A program made the translations under genes and the position numbers. The notes under the pieces were generated by a model. That model was not told the DNA's origin and ran no database searches. It saw only the letters and a program-made list of their open reading frames with translations. Of a stretch of 64,000 bases of DNA, positions 48,301 to 63,300 are shown in pieces. The stretch is from Squalus acanthias (lineage: Eukaryota), in assembly GCA_030390025.1 (NCBI GenBank), contig CM059432.1:109990001-110054000 (forward strand). The letters run 5' to 3'. Every line of letters begins with the position of its first letter. Position 1 is the first letter of the stretch.

Positions 48301-51300
48301 TGAGGAGACTCAGAACAAACTGTCACAGGACAGAGAGTGAGGAGACTCAGAACAAACTGTCACAGGACAGAGAGTGAGGAGACTCAGAACAAACTGTCAC
48401 AGGACAGAGTGAGGAGACTCAGAACAAACTGTCACAGGACAGAGAGTGAGGAGACTCAGAACAAACTGTCACAGGACAGAGAGTGAGGAGACTCAGAACA
48501 AACTGTCACAGGACAGAGTGAGGAGACTCAGAACAAACTGTCACAGGACAGAGTGAGGAGACTCAGAACAAACTGTCACAGGACAGAGTGAGGAGACTCA
48601 GAACAAACTGTCACAGGACAGAGAGTGAGGAGACTCAGAACAAACTGTCACAGGACAGGAGTGAGGAGACTCAGAACAAACTGTCACAGGACAGAGAGTG
48701 AGGAGACTCAGAACAAACTGTCACAGGACAGAGAGTGAGGAGACTCAGAACAAACTGTCACAGGACAGAGTGAGGAGACTCAGAACAAACTGTCACAGGA
48801 CGAGAGTGAGGAGACTCAGAACAAACTGTCACAGGACAGAGTGAGGAGACTCAGAACAAACTGTCACAGGACAGAGTGAGGAGACTCAGAACAAACTGTC
48901 ACAGGACAGAGAGTGAGGAGACTCAGAACAAACTGTCACAGGACAGAGTGAGGAGACTCAGAACAAACTGTCACAGGACAGAGAGTGAGGAGACTCAGAA
49001 CAAACTGTCACAGGACAGAGAGTGAGGAGACTCAGAACAAACTGTCACAGGACAGAGTGAGGAGACTCAGAACAAACTGTCACAGGACAGAGAGTGAGGA
49101 GACTCAGAACAAACTGTCACAGGACAGAGAGTGAGGAGACTCAGAACAAACTGTCACAGGACAGAGAGTGAGGAGACTCAGAACAAACTGTCACAGGACA
49201 GAGAGTGAGGAGACTCAGAACAAACTGTCACAGGACAGAGAGTGAGGAGACTCAGAACAAACTGTCACAGGACAGAGTGAGGAGACTCAGAACAAACTGT
49301 CACAGGACAGAGAGTGAGGAGACTCAGAACAAACTGTCACAGGACAGAGTGAGGAGACTCAGAACAAACTGTCACAGGACAGAGAGTGAGGAGACTCAGA
49401 ACAAACTGTCACAGGACAGAGAGTGAGGAGACTCAGAACAAACTGTCACAGGACAGAGAGTGAGGAGACTCAGAACAAACTGTCACAGGACAGAGAGTGA
49501 GGAGACTCAGAACAAACTGTCACAGGACAGAGAGTGAGGAGACTCAGAACAAACTGTCACAGGACGAGAGTGAGGAGACTCAGAACAAACTGTCACAGGA
49601 CAGAGTGAGGAGACTCAGAACAAACTGTCACAGGACAGAGAGTGAGGAGACTCAGAACAAACTGTCACAGGACAGAGAGTGAGGAGACTCAGAACAAACT
49701 GTCACAGGACAGAGTGAGGAGACTCAGAACAAACTGTCACAGGACAGAGAGTGAGGAGACTCAGAACAAACTGTCACAGGACAGAGAGTGAGGAGACTCA
49801 GAACAAACTGTCACAGGACAGAGAGTGAGGAGACTCAGAACAAACTGTCACAGGACAGAGAGTGAGGAGACTCAGAACAAACTGTCACAGGACAGAGAGT
49901 GAGGAGACTCAGAACAAACTGTCACAGGACAGAGAGTGAGGAGACTCAGAACAAACTGTCACAGGACAGAGTGAGGAGACTCAGAACAAACTGTCACAGG
50001 ACAGAGTGAGGAGACTCAGAACAAACTGTCACAGGACGAGAGTGAGGAGACTCAGAACAAACTGTCACAGGACGAGAGTGAGGAGACTCAGAACAAACTG
50101 TCACAGGACGAGAGTGAGGAGACTCAGAACAAACTGTCACAGGACAGAGAGTGAGGAGACTCAGAACAAACTGTCACAGGACAGAGAGTGAGGAGACTCA
50201 GAACAAACTGTCACAGGACAGAGTGAGGAGACTCAGAACAAACTGTCACAGGACAGAGTGAGGAGACTCAGAACAAACTGTCACAGGACAGAGAGTGAGG
50301 AGACTCAGAACAAACTGTCACAGGACAGAGTGAGGAGACTCAGAACAAACTGTCACAGGACAGAGAGTGAGGAGACTCAGAACAAACTGTCACAGGACAG
50401 AGTGAGGAGACTCAGAACAAACTGTCACAGGACAGAGAGTGAGGAGACTCAGAACAAACTGTCACAGGACGAGAGTGAGGAGACTCAGAACAAACTGTCA
50501 CAGGACAGAGAGTGAGGAGACTCAGAACAAACTGTCACAGGACAGAGAGTGAGGAGACTCAGAACAAACTGTCACAGGACAGAGTGAGGAGACTCAGAAC
50601 AAACTGTCACAGGACAGAGAGTGAGGAGACTCAGAACAAACTGTCACAGGACAGAGTGAGGAGACTCAGAACAAACTGTCACAGGACAGAGAGTGAGGAG
50701 ACTCAGAACAAACTGTCACAGGACAGAGAGTGAGGAGACTCAGAACAAACTGTCACAGGACAGAGAGTGAGGAGACTCAGAACAAACTGTCACAGGACAG
50801 AGAGTGAGGAGACTCAGAACAAACTGTCACAGGACAGAGTGAGGAGACTCAGAACAAACTGTCACAGGACAGAGAGTGAGGAGACTCAGAACAAACTGTC
50901 ACAGGACAGAGTGAGGAGACTCAGAACAAACTGTCACAGGACAGAGAGTGAGGAGACTCAGAACAAACTGTCACAGGACAGAGTGAGGAGACTCAGAACA
51001 AACTGTCACAGGACAGAGTGAGGAGACTCAGAACAAACTGTCACAGGACAGAGAGTGAGGAGACTCAGAACAAACTGTCACAGGACAGAGAGTGAGGAGA
51101 CTCAGAACAAACTGTCACAGGACAGAGAGTGAGGAGACTCAGAACAAACTGTCACAGGACAGAGTGAGGAGACTCAGAACAAACTGTCACAGGACAGAGT
51201 GAGGAGACTCAGAACAAACTGTCACAGGACAGAGTGAGGAGACTCAGAACAAACTGTCACAGGACAGAGAGTGAGGAGACTCAGAACAAACTGTCACAGG

Positions 51301-54300
51301 ACAGAGAGTGAGGAGACTCAGAACAAACTGTCACAGGACAGAGAGTGAGGAGACTCAGAACAAACTGTCACAGGACAGAGAGTGAGGAGACTCAGAACAA
51401 ACTGTCACAGGACAGAGAGTGAGGAGACTCAGAACAAACTGTCACAGGACAGAGAGTGAGGAGACTCAGAACAAACTGTCACAGGACGGAGAGTGAGGAG
51501 ACTCAGAACAAACTGTCACAGGACAGAGTGAGGAGACTCAGAACAAACTGCCACAGGACAGAGTGAGGAGACTCAGAACAAACTGTCACAGGACAGAGAG
51601 TGAGGAGACTCAGAACAAACTGTCACAGGACAGAGTGAGGAGACTCAGAACAAACTGTCACAGGACAGAGAGTGAGGAGACTCAGAACAAACTGTCACAG
51701 GACAGAGAGTGAGGAGACTCAGAACAAACTGTCACAGGACAGAGTGAGGAGACTCAGAACAAACTGTCACAGGACAGAGAGTGAGGAGACTCAGAACAAA
51801 CTGTCACAGGACAGAGTGAGGAGACTCAGAACAAACTGTCACAGGACAGAGAGTGAGGAGACTCAGAACAAACTGTCACAGGACAGAGTGAGGAGACTCA
51901 GAACAAACTGTCACAGGACAGAGTGAGGAGACTCAGAACAAACTGTCACAGGACAGAGTGAGGAGACTCAGAACAAACTGTCACAGGACAGAGAGTGAGG
52001 AGACTCAGAACAAACTGTCACAGGACAGAGTGAGGAGACTCAGAACAAACTGTCACAGGACAGAGAGTGAGGAGACTCAGAACAAACTGTCACAGGACAG
52101 AGAGTGAGGAGACTCAGAACAAACTGTCACAGGACAGAGAGTGAGGAGACTCAGAACAAACTGTCACAGGACAGAGAGTGAGGAGACTCAGAACAAACTG
52201 TCACAGGACAGAGAGTGAGGAGACTCAGAACAAACTGTCACAGGACAGAGAGTGAGGAGACTCAGAACAAACTGTCACAGGACAGAGTGAGGAGACTCAG
52301 AACAAACTGTCACAGGACAGAGAGTGAGGAGACTCAGAACAAACTGTCACAGGACAGAGAGTGAGGAGACTCAGAACAAACTGTCACAGGACAGAGAGTG
52401 AGGAGACTCAGAACAAACTGTCACAGGACAGAGTGAGGAGACTCAGAACAAACTGTCACAGGACAGAGTGAGGAGACTCAGAACAAACTGTCACAGGACA
52501 GAGAGTGAGGAGACTCAGAACAAACTGTCACAGGACAGAGAGTGAGGAGACTCAGAACAAACTGTCACAGGACAGAGAGTGAGGAGACTCAGAACAAACT
52601 GTCACAGGACAGAGAGTGAGGAGACTCAGAACAAACTGTCACAGGACAGAGTGAGGAGACTCAGAACAAACTGTCACAGGACAGAGAGTGAGGAGACTCA
52701 GAACAAACTGTCACAGGACAGAGAGTGAGGAGACTCAGAACAAACTGTCACAGGACAGAGAGTGAGGAGACTCAGAACAAACTGTCACAGGACAGAGAGT
52801 GAGGAGACTCAGAACAAACTGTCACAGGACAGAGAGTGAGGAGACTCAGAACAAACTGTCACAGGACAGAGAGTGAGGAGACTCAGAACAAACTGTCACA
52901 GGACAGAGTGAGGAGACTCAGAACAAACTGTCACAGGACAGAGTGAGGAGACTCAGAACAAACTGTCACAGGACAGAGAGTGAGGAGACTCAGAACAAAC
53001 TGTCACAGGACAGAGTGAGGAGACTCAGAACAAACTGTCACAGGACAGAGAGTGAGGAGACTCAGAACAAACTGTCACAGGACAGAGTGAGGAGACTCAG
53101 AACAAACTGTCACAGGACAGAGAGTGAGGAGACTCAGAACAAACTGTCACAGGACGAGAGTGAGGAGACTCAGAACAAACTGTCACAGGACAGAGAGTGA
53201 GGAGACTCAGAACAAACTGTCACAGGACAGAGAGTGAGGAGACTCAGAACAAACTGTCACAGGACAGAGAGTGAGGAGACTCAGAACAAACTGTCACAGG
53301 ACAGAGTGAGGAGACTCAGAACAAACTGTCACAGGACAGAGAGTGAGGAGACTCAGAACAAACTGTCACAGGACAGAGTGAGGAGACTCAGAACAAACTG
53401 TCACAGGACAGAGAGTGAGGAGACTCAGAACAAACTGTCACAGGACAGAGAGTGAGGAGACTCAGAACAAACTGTCACAGGACAGAGAGTGAGGAGACTC
53501 AGAACAAACTGTCACAGGACAGAGAGTGAGGAGACTCAGAACAAACTGTCACAGGACAGAGTGAGGAGACTCAGAACAAACTGTCACAGGACAGAGAGTG
53601 AGGAGACTCAGAACAAACTGTCACAGGACAGAGTGAGGAGACTCAGAACAAACTGTCACAGGACAGAGAGTGAGGAGACTCAGAACAAACTGTCACAGGA
53701 CAGAGTGAGGAGACTCAGAACAAACTGTCACAGGACAGAGAGTGAGGAGACTCAGAACAAACTGTCACAGGACAGAGAGTGAGGAGACTCAGAACAAACT
53801 GTCACAGGACAGAGTGAGGAGACTCAGAACAAACTGTCACAGGACAGAGAGTGAGGAGACTCAGAACAAACTGTCACAGGACAGAGTGAGGAGACTCAGA
53901 ACAAACTGTCACAGGACAGAGTGAGGAGACTCAGAACAAACTGTCACAGGACAGAGAGTGAGGAGACTCAGAACAAACTGTCACAGGACAGAGAGTGAGG
54001 AGACTCAGAACAAACTGTCACAGGACAGAGTGAGGAGACTCAGAACAAACTGTCACAGGACAGAGTGAGGAGACTCAGAACAAACTGTCACAGGACAGAG
54101 AGTGAGGAGACTCAGAACAAACTGTCACAGGACAGAGAGTGAGGAGACTCAGAACAAACTGTCACAGGACAGAGTGAGGAGACTCAGAACAAACTGTCAC
54201 AGGACGAGAGTGAGGAGACTCAGAACAAACTGTCACAGGACAGAGAGTGAGGAGACTCAGAACAAACTGTCACAGGACAGAGTGAGGAGACTCAGAACAA

Positions 54301-57300
54301 ACTGTCACAGGACAGAGAGTGAGGAGACTCAGAACAAACTGTCACAGGACAGAGAGTGAGGAGACTCAGAACAAACTGTCACAGGACAGAGAGTGAGGAG
54401 ACTCAGAACAAACTGTCACAGGACAGAGTGAGGAGACTCAGAACAAACTGTCACAGGACAGAGTGAGGAGACTCAGAACAAACTGTCACAGGACAGAGAG
54501 TGAGGAGACTCAGAACAAACTGCCACAGGACGAGAGTGAGGAGACTCAGAACAAACTGTCACAGGACAGAGAGTGAGGAGACTCAGAACAAACTGTCACA
54601 GGACAGAGAGTGAGGAGACTCAGAACAAACTGTCACAGGACAGAGAGTGAGGAGACTCAGAACAAACTGTCACAGGACAGAGTGAGGAGACTCAGAACAA
54701 ACTGTCACAGGACAGAGTGAGGAGACTCAGAACAAACTGTCACAGGACAGAGAGTGAGGAGACTCAGAACAAACTGTCACAGGACAGAGAGTGAGGAGAC
54801 TCAGAACAAACTGTCACAGGACAGAGTGAGGAGACTCAGAACAAACTGTCACAGGACAGAGAGTGAGGAGACTCAGAACAAACTGTCACAGGACAGAGAG
54901 TGAGGAGACTCAGAACAAACTGTCACAGGACAGAGAGTGAGGAGACTCAGAACAAACTGTCACAGGACAGAGTGAGGAGACTCAGAACAAACTGTCACAG
55001 GACAGAGTGAGGAGACTCAGAACAAACTGTCACAGGACAGAGTGAGGAGACTCAGAACAAACTGTCACAGGACAGAGAGTGAGGAGACTCAGAACAAACT
55101 GTCACAGGACGAGAGTGAGGAGACTCAGAACAAACTGTCACAGGACAGAGAGTGAGGAGACTCAGAACAAACTGTCACAGGACAGAGAGTGAGGAGACTC
55201 AGAACAAACTGTCACAGGACAGAGAGTGAGGAGACTCAGAACAAACTGTCACAGGACAGAGTGAGGAGACTCAGAACAAACTGTCACAGGACAGAGAGTG
55301 AGGAGACTCAGAACAAACTGTCACAGGACAGAGTGAGGAGACTCAGAACAAACTGTCACAGGACAGAGAGTGAGGAGACTCAGAACAAACTGTCACAGGA
55401 CAGAGAGTGAGGAGACTCAGAACAAACTGTCACAGGACAGAGAGTGAGGAGACTCAGAACAAACTGTCACAGGACAGAGAGTGAGGAGACTCAGAACAAA
55501 CTGTCACAGGACAGAGAGTGAGGAGACTCAGAACAAACTGTCACAGGACAGAGTGAGGAGACTCAGAACAAACTGTCACAGGACAGAGTGAGGAGACTCA
55601 GAACAAACTGTCACAGGACAGAGAGTGAGGAGACTCAGAACAAACTGTCACAGGACAGAGTGAGGAGACTCAGAACAAACTGTCACAGGACAGAGAGTGA
55701 GGAGACTCAGAACAAACTGTCACAGGACAGAGTGAGGAGACTCAGAACAAACTGTCACAGGACAGAGAGTGAGGAGACTCAGAACAAACTGTCACAGGAC
55801 AGAGAGTGAGGAGACTCAGAACAAACTGTCACAGGACAGAGAGTGAGGAGACTCAGAACAAACTGTCACAGGACAGAGAGTGAGGAGACTCAGAACAAAC
55901 TGTCACAGGACAGAGAGTGAGGAGACTCAGAACAAACTGTCACAGGACAGAGTGAGGAGACTCAGAACAAACTGTCACAGGACAGAGAGTGAGGAGACTC
56001 AGAACAAACTGTCACAGGACAGAGTGAGGAGACTCAGAACAAACTGTCACAGGACAGAGAGTGAGGAGACTCAGAACAAACTGTCACAGGACAGAGTGAG
56101 GAGACTCAGAACAAACTGTCACAGGACAGAGAGTGAGGAGACTCAGAACAAACTGTCACAGGACAGAGAGTGAGGAGACTCAGAACAAACTGTCACAGGA
56201 CAGAGTGAGGAGACTCAGAACAAACTGTCACAGGACAGAGAGTGAGGAGACTCAGAACAAACTGTCACAGGACAGAGTGAGGAGACTCAGAACAAACTGT
56301 CACAGGACAGAGAGTGAGGAGACTCAGAACAAACTGTCACAGGACAGAGTGAGGAGACTCAGAACAAACTGTCACAGGACAGAGAGTGAGGAGACTCAGA
56401 ACAAACTGTCACAGGACAGAGAGTGAGGAGACTCAGAACAAACTGTCACAGGACAGAGAGTGAGGAGACTCAGAACAAACTGTCACAGGACAGAGAGTGA
56501 GGAGACTCAGAACAAACTGTCACAGGACAGAGAGTGAGGAGACTCAGAACAAACTGTCACAGGACAGAGTGAGGAGACTCAGAACAAACTGTCACAGGAC
56601 AGAGAGTGAGGAGACTCAGAACAAACTGTCACAGGACAGAGAGTGAGGAGACTCAGAACAAACTGTCACAGGACAGAGTGAGGAGACTCAGAACAAACTG
56701 TCACAGGACAGAGTGAGGAGACTCAGAACAAACTGTCACAGGACAGAGAGTGAGGAGACTCAGAACAAACTGTCACAGGACAGAGAGTGAGGAGACTCAG
56801 AACAAACTGTCACAGGACAGAGAGTGAGGAGACTCAGAACAAACTGTCACAGGACAGAGAGTGAGGAGACTCAGAACAAACTGTCACAGGACAGAGAGTG
56901 AGGAGACTCAGAACAAACTGTCACAGGACAGAGTGAGGAGACTCAGAACAAACTGTCACAGGACAGAGAGTGAGGAGACTCAGAACAAACTGTCACAGGA
57001 CAGAGAGTGAGGAGACTCAGAACAAACTGTCACAGGACAGAGTGAGGAGACTCAGAACAAACTGTCACAGGACAGAGTGAGGAGACTCAGAACAAACTGT
57101 CACAGGACAGAGTGAGGAGACTCAGAACAAACTGTCACAGGACAGAGAGTGAGGAGACTCAGAACAAACTGTCACAGGACAGAGAGTGAGGAGACTCAGA
57201 ACAAACTGTCACAGGACAGAGAGTGAGGAGACTCAGAACAAACTGTCACAGGACAGAGAGTGAGGAGACTCAGAACAAACTGTCACAGGACAGAGAGTGA

Positions 57301-60300
57301 GGAGACTCAGAACAAACTGTCACAGGACAGAGAGTGAGGAGACTCAGAACAAACTGTCACAGGACAGAGTGAGGAGACTCAGAACAAACTGTCACAGGAC
57401 AGAGTGAGGAGACTCAGAACAAACTGTCACAGGACAGAGAGTGAGGAGACTCAGAACAAACTGTCACAGGACAGAGAGTGAGGAGACTCAGAACAAACTG
57501 TCACAGGACAGAGAGTGAGGAGACTCAGAACAAACTGTCACAGGACAGAGTGAGGAGACTCAGAACAAACTGTCACAGGACAGAGAGTGAGGAGACTCAG
57601 AACAAACTGTCACAGGACAGAGAGTGAGGAGACTCAGAACAAACTGTCACAGGACAGAGTGAGGAGACTCAGAACAAACTGTCACAGGACAGAGTGAGGA
57701 GACTCAGAACAAACTGTCACAGGACAGAGTGAGGAGACTCAGAACAAACTGTCACAGGACAGAGAGTGAGGAGACTCAGAACAAACTGTCACAGGACAGA
57801 GAGTGAGGAGACTCAGAACAAACTGTCACAGGACAGAGAGTGAGGAGACTCAGAACAAACTGTCACAGGACAGAGAGTGAGGAGACTCAGAACAAACTGT
57901 CACAGGACAGAGAGTGAGGAGACTCAGAACAAACTGTCACAGGACAGAGTGAGGAGACTCAGAACAAACTGTCACAGGACAGAGTGAGGAGACTCAGAAC
58001 AAACTGTCACAGGACAGAGAGTGAGGAGACTCAGAACAAACTGTCACAGGACAGAGAGTGAGGAGACTCAGAACAAACTGTCACAGGACAGAGAGTGAGG
58101 AGACTCAGAACAAACTGTCACAGGACAGAGAGTGAGGAGACTCAGAACAAACTGTCACAGGACAGAGAGTGAGGAGACTCAGAACAAACTGTCACAGGAC
58201 AGAGTGAGGAGACTCAGAACAAACTGTCACAGGACAGAGAGTGAGGAGACTCAGAACAAACTGTCACAGGACAGAGAGTGAGGAGACTCAGAACAAACTG
58301 TCACAGGACAGAGAGTGAGGAGACTCAGAACAAACTGTCACAGGACAGAGTGAGGAGACTCAGAACAAACTGTCACAGGACAGAGAGTGAGGAGACTCAG
58401 AACAAACTGTCACAGGACAGAGTGAGGAGACTCAGAACAAACTGTCACAGGACGAGAGTGAGGAGACTCAGAACAAACTGTCACAGGACAGAGAGTGAGG
58501 AGACTCAGAACAAACTGTCACAGGACGAGAGTGAGGAGACTCAGAACAAACTGTCACAGGACAGAGAGTGAGGAGACTCAGAACAAACTGTCACAGGACG
58601 AGAGTGAGGAGACTCAGAACAAACTGTCACAGGACAGAGAGTGAGGAGACTCAGAACAAACTGTCACAGGACAGAGTGAGGAGACTCAGAACAAACTGTC
58701 ACAGGACAGAGAGTGAGGAGACTCAGAACAAACTGTCACAGGACAGAGAGTGAGGAGACTCAGAACAAACTGTCACAGGACAGAGAGTGAGGAGACTCAG
58801 AACAAACTGTCACAGGACAGAGAGTGAGGAGACTCAGAACAAACTGTCACAGGACAGAGAGTGAGGAGACTCAGAACAAACTGTCACAGGACAGAGTGAG
58901 GAGACTCAGAACAAACTGTCACAGGACAGAGAGTGAGGAGACTCAGAACAAACTGTCACAGGACAGAGTGAGGAGACTCAGAACAAACTGTCACAGGACA
59001 GAGTGAGGAGACTCAGAACAAACTGTCACAGGACAGAGAGTGAGGAGACTCAGAACAAACTGTCACAGGACAGAGTGAGGAGACTCAGAACAAACTGTCA
59101 CAGGACAGAGAGTGAGGAGACTCAGAACAAACTGTCACAGGACAGAGTGAGGAGACTCAGAACAAACTGTCACAGGACAGAGAGTGAGGAGACTCAGAAC
59201 AAACTGTCACAGGACGAGAGTGAGGAGACTCAGAACAAACTGTCACAGGACAGAGAGTGAGGAGACTCAGAACAAACTGTCACAGGACAGAGAGTGAGGA
59301 GACTCAGAACAAACTGTCACAGGACAGAGAGTGAGGAGACTCAGAACAAACTGTCACAGGACAGAGAGTGAGGAGACTCAGAACAAACTGTCACAGGACA
59401 GAGTGAGGAGACTCAGAACAAACTGTCACAGGACAGAGAGTGAGGAGACTCAGAACAAACTGTCACAGGACAGAGTGAGGAGACTCAGAACAAACTGTCA
59501 CAGGACAGAGAGTGAGGAGACTCAGAACAAACTGTCACAGGACAGAGAGTGAGGAGACTCAGAACAAACTGTCACAGGACGAGAGTGAGGAGACTCAGAA
59601 CAAACTGTCACAGGACAGAGAGTGAGGAGACTCAGAACAAACTGTCACAGGACAGAGAGTGAGGAGACTCAGAACAAACTGTCACAGGACAGAGAGTGAG
59701 GAGACTCAGAACAAACTGTCACAGGACAGAGAGTGAGGAGACTCAGAACAAACTGTCACAGGACAGAGTGAGGAGACTCAGAACAAACTGTCACAGGACA
59801 GAGAGTGAGGAGACTCAGAACAAACTGTCACAGGACAGAGAGTGAGGAGACTCAGAACAAACTGTCACAGGACAGAGTGAGGAGACTCAGAACAAACTGT
59901 CACAGGACAGAGAGTGAGGAGACTCAGAACAAACTGTCACAGGACAGAGAGTGAGGAGACTCAGAACAAACTGTCACAGGACAGAGTGAGGAGACTCAGA
60001 ACAAACTGTCACAGGACAGAGTGAGGAGACTCAGAACAAACTGTCACAGGACAGAGAGTGAGGAGACTCAGAACAAACTGTCACAGGACAGAGAGTGAGG
60101 AGACTCAGAACAAACTGTCACAGGACAGAGTGAGGAGACTCAGAACAAACTGTCACAGGACAGAGAGTGAGGAGACTCAGAACAAACTGTCACAGGACAG
60201 AGTGAGGAGACTCAGAACAAACTGTCACAGGACAGAGAGTGAGGAGACTCAGAACAAACTGTCACAGGACAGAGAGTGAGGAGACTCAGAACAAACTGTC

Positions 60301-63300
60301 ACAGGACAGAGAGTGAGGAGACTCAGAACAAACTGTCACAGGACAGAGAGTGAGGAGACTCAGAACAAACTGTCACAGGACAGAGAGTGAGGAGACTCAG
60401 AACAAACTGTCACAGGACAGAGAGTGAGGAGACTCAGAACAAACTGTCACAGGACAGAGTGAGGAGACTCAGAACAAACTGTCACAGGACAGAGAGTGAG
60501 GAGACTCAGAACAAACTGTCACAGGACAGAGAGTGAGGAGACTCAGAACAAACTGTCACAGGACAGAGAGTGAGGAGACTCAGAACAAACTGTCACAGGA
60601 CAGAGTGAGGAGACTCAGAACAAACTGTCACAGGACAGAGTGAGGAGACTCAGAACAAACTGTCACAGGACAGAGTGAGGAGACTCAGAACAAACTGTCA
60701 CAGGACAGAGAGTGAGGAGACTCAGAACAAACTGTCACAGGACAGAGTGAGGAGACTCAGAACAAACTGTCACAGGACAGAGAGTGAGGAGACTCAGAAC
60801 AAACTGTCACAGGACAGAGAGTGAGGAGACTCAGAACAAACTGTCACAGGACGAGAGTGAGGAGACTCAGAACAAACTGTCACAGGACAGAGTGAGGAGA
60901 CTCAGAACAAACTGTCACAGGACGAGAGTGAGGAGACTCAGAACAAACTGTCACAGGACAGAGTGAGGAGACTCAGAACAAACTGTCACAGGACAGAGTG
61001 AGGAGACTCAGAACAAACTGTCACAGGACAGAGAGTGAGGAGACTCAGAACAAACTGTCACAGGACAGAGAGTGAGGAGACTCAGAACAAACTGTCACAG
61101 GACAGAGTGAGGAGACTCAGAACAAACTGTCACAGGACAGAGAGTGAGGAGACTCAGAACAAACTGTCACAGGACAGAGAGTGAGGAGACTCAGAACAAA
61201 CTGTCACAGGACAGAGAGTGAGGAGACTCAGAACAAACTGTCACAGGACAGAGAGTGAGGAGACTCAGAACAAACTGTCACAGGACAGAGAGTGAGGAGA
61301 CTCAGAACAAACTGTCACAGGACAGAGAGTGAGGAGACTCAGAACAAACTGTCACAGGACAGAGAGTGAGGAGACTCAGAACAAACTGTCACAGGACAGA
61401 GTGAGGAGACTCAGAACAAACTGTCACAGGACAGAGTGAGGAGACTCAGAACAAACTGTCACAGGACAGAGAGTGAGGAGACTCAGAACAAACTGTCACA
61501 GGACAGAGTGAGGAGACTCAGAACAAACTGTCACAGGACAGAGAGTGAGGAGACTCAGAACAAACTGTCACAGGACAGAGAGTGAGGAGACTCAGAACAA
61601 ACTGTCACAGGACAGAGAGTGAGGAGACTCAGAACAAACTGTCACAGGACAGAGAGTGAGGAGACTCAGAACAAACTGTCACAGGACAGAGTGAGGAGAC
61701 TCAGAACAAACTGTCACAGGACAGAGAGTGAGGAGACTCAGAACAAACTGTCACAGGACAGAGTGAGGAGACTCAGAACAAACTGTCACAGGACAGAGAG
61801 TGAGGAGACTCAGAACAAACTGTCACAGGACAGAGTGAGGAGACTCAGAACAAACTGTCACAGGACAGAGAGTGAGGAGACTCAGAACAAACTGTCACAG
61901 GACAGAGAGTGAGGAGACTCAGAACAAACTGTCACAGGACAGAGAGTGAGGAGACTCAGAACAAACTGTCACAGGACAGAGAGTGAGGAGACTCAGAACA
62001 AACTGTCACAGGACAGAGAGTGAGGAGACTCAGAACAAACTGTCACAGGACAGAGTGAGGAGACTCAGAACAAACTGTCACAGGACAGAGAGTGAGGAGA
62101 CTCAGAACAAACTGTCACAGGACAGAGAGTGAGGAGACTCAGAACAAACTGTCACAGGACAGAGAGTGAGGAGACTCAGAACAAACTGTCACAGGACAGA
62201 GAGTGAGGAGACTCAGAACAAACTGTCACAGGACAGAGTGAGGAGACTCAGAACAAACTGTCACAGGACAGAGAGTGAGGAGACTCAGAACAAACTGTCA
62301 CAGGACAGAGTGAGGAGACTCAGAACAAACTGTCACAGGACAGAGTGAGGAGACTCAGAACAAACTGTCACAGGACAGAGAGTGAGGAGACTCAGAACAA
62401 ACTGTCACAGGACAGAGTGAGGAGACTCAGAACAAACTGTCACAGGACAGAGAGTGAGGAGACTCAGAACAAACTGTCACAGGACAGAGAGTGAGGAGAC
62501 TCAGAACAAACTGTCACAGGACAGAGTGAGGAGACTCAGAACAAACTGTCACAGGACAGAGAGTGAGGAGACTCAGAACAAACTGTCACAGGACAGAGAG
62601 TGAGGAGACTCAGAACAAACTGTCACAGGACAGAGAGTGAGGAGACTCAGAACAAACTGTCACAGGACAGAGTGAGGAGACTCAGAACAAACTGTCACAG
62701 GACAGAGAGTGAGGAGACTCAGAACAAACTGTCACAGGACAGAGAGTGAGGAGACTCAGAACAAACTGTCACAGGACAGAGAGTGAGGAGACTCAGAACA
62801 AACTGTCACAGGACAGAGTGAGGAGACTCAGAACAAACTGTCACAGGACAGAGAGTGAGGAGACTCAGAACAAACTGTCACAGGACAGAGTGAGGAGACT
62901 CAGAACAAACTGTCACAGGACAGAGTGAGGAGACTCAGAACAAACTGTCACAGGACAGAGAGTGAGGAGACTCAGAACAAACTGTCACAGGACAGAGAGT
63001 GAGGAGACTCAGAACAAACTGTCACAGGACAGAGAGTGAGGAGACTCAGAACAAACTGTCACAGGACAGAGAGTGAGGAGACTCAGAACAAACTGTCACA
63101 GGACAGAGAGTGAGGAGACTCAGAACAAACTGTCACAGGACAGAGTGAGGAGACTCAGAACAAACTGTCACAGGACAGAGAGTGAGGAGACTCAGAACAA
63201 ACTGTCACAGGACAGAGAGTGAGGAGACTCAGAACAAACTGTCACAGGACAGAGAGTGAGGAGACTCAGAACAAACTGTCACAGGACAGAGTGAGGAGAC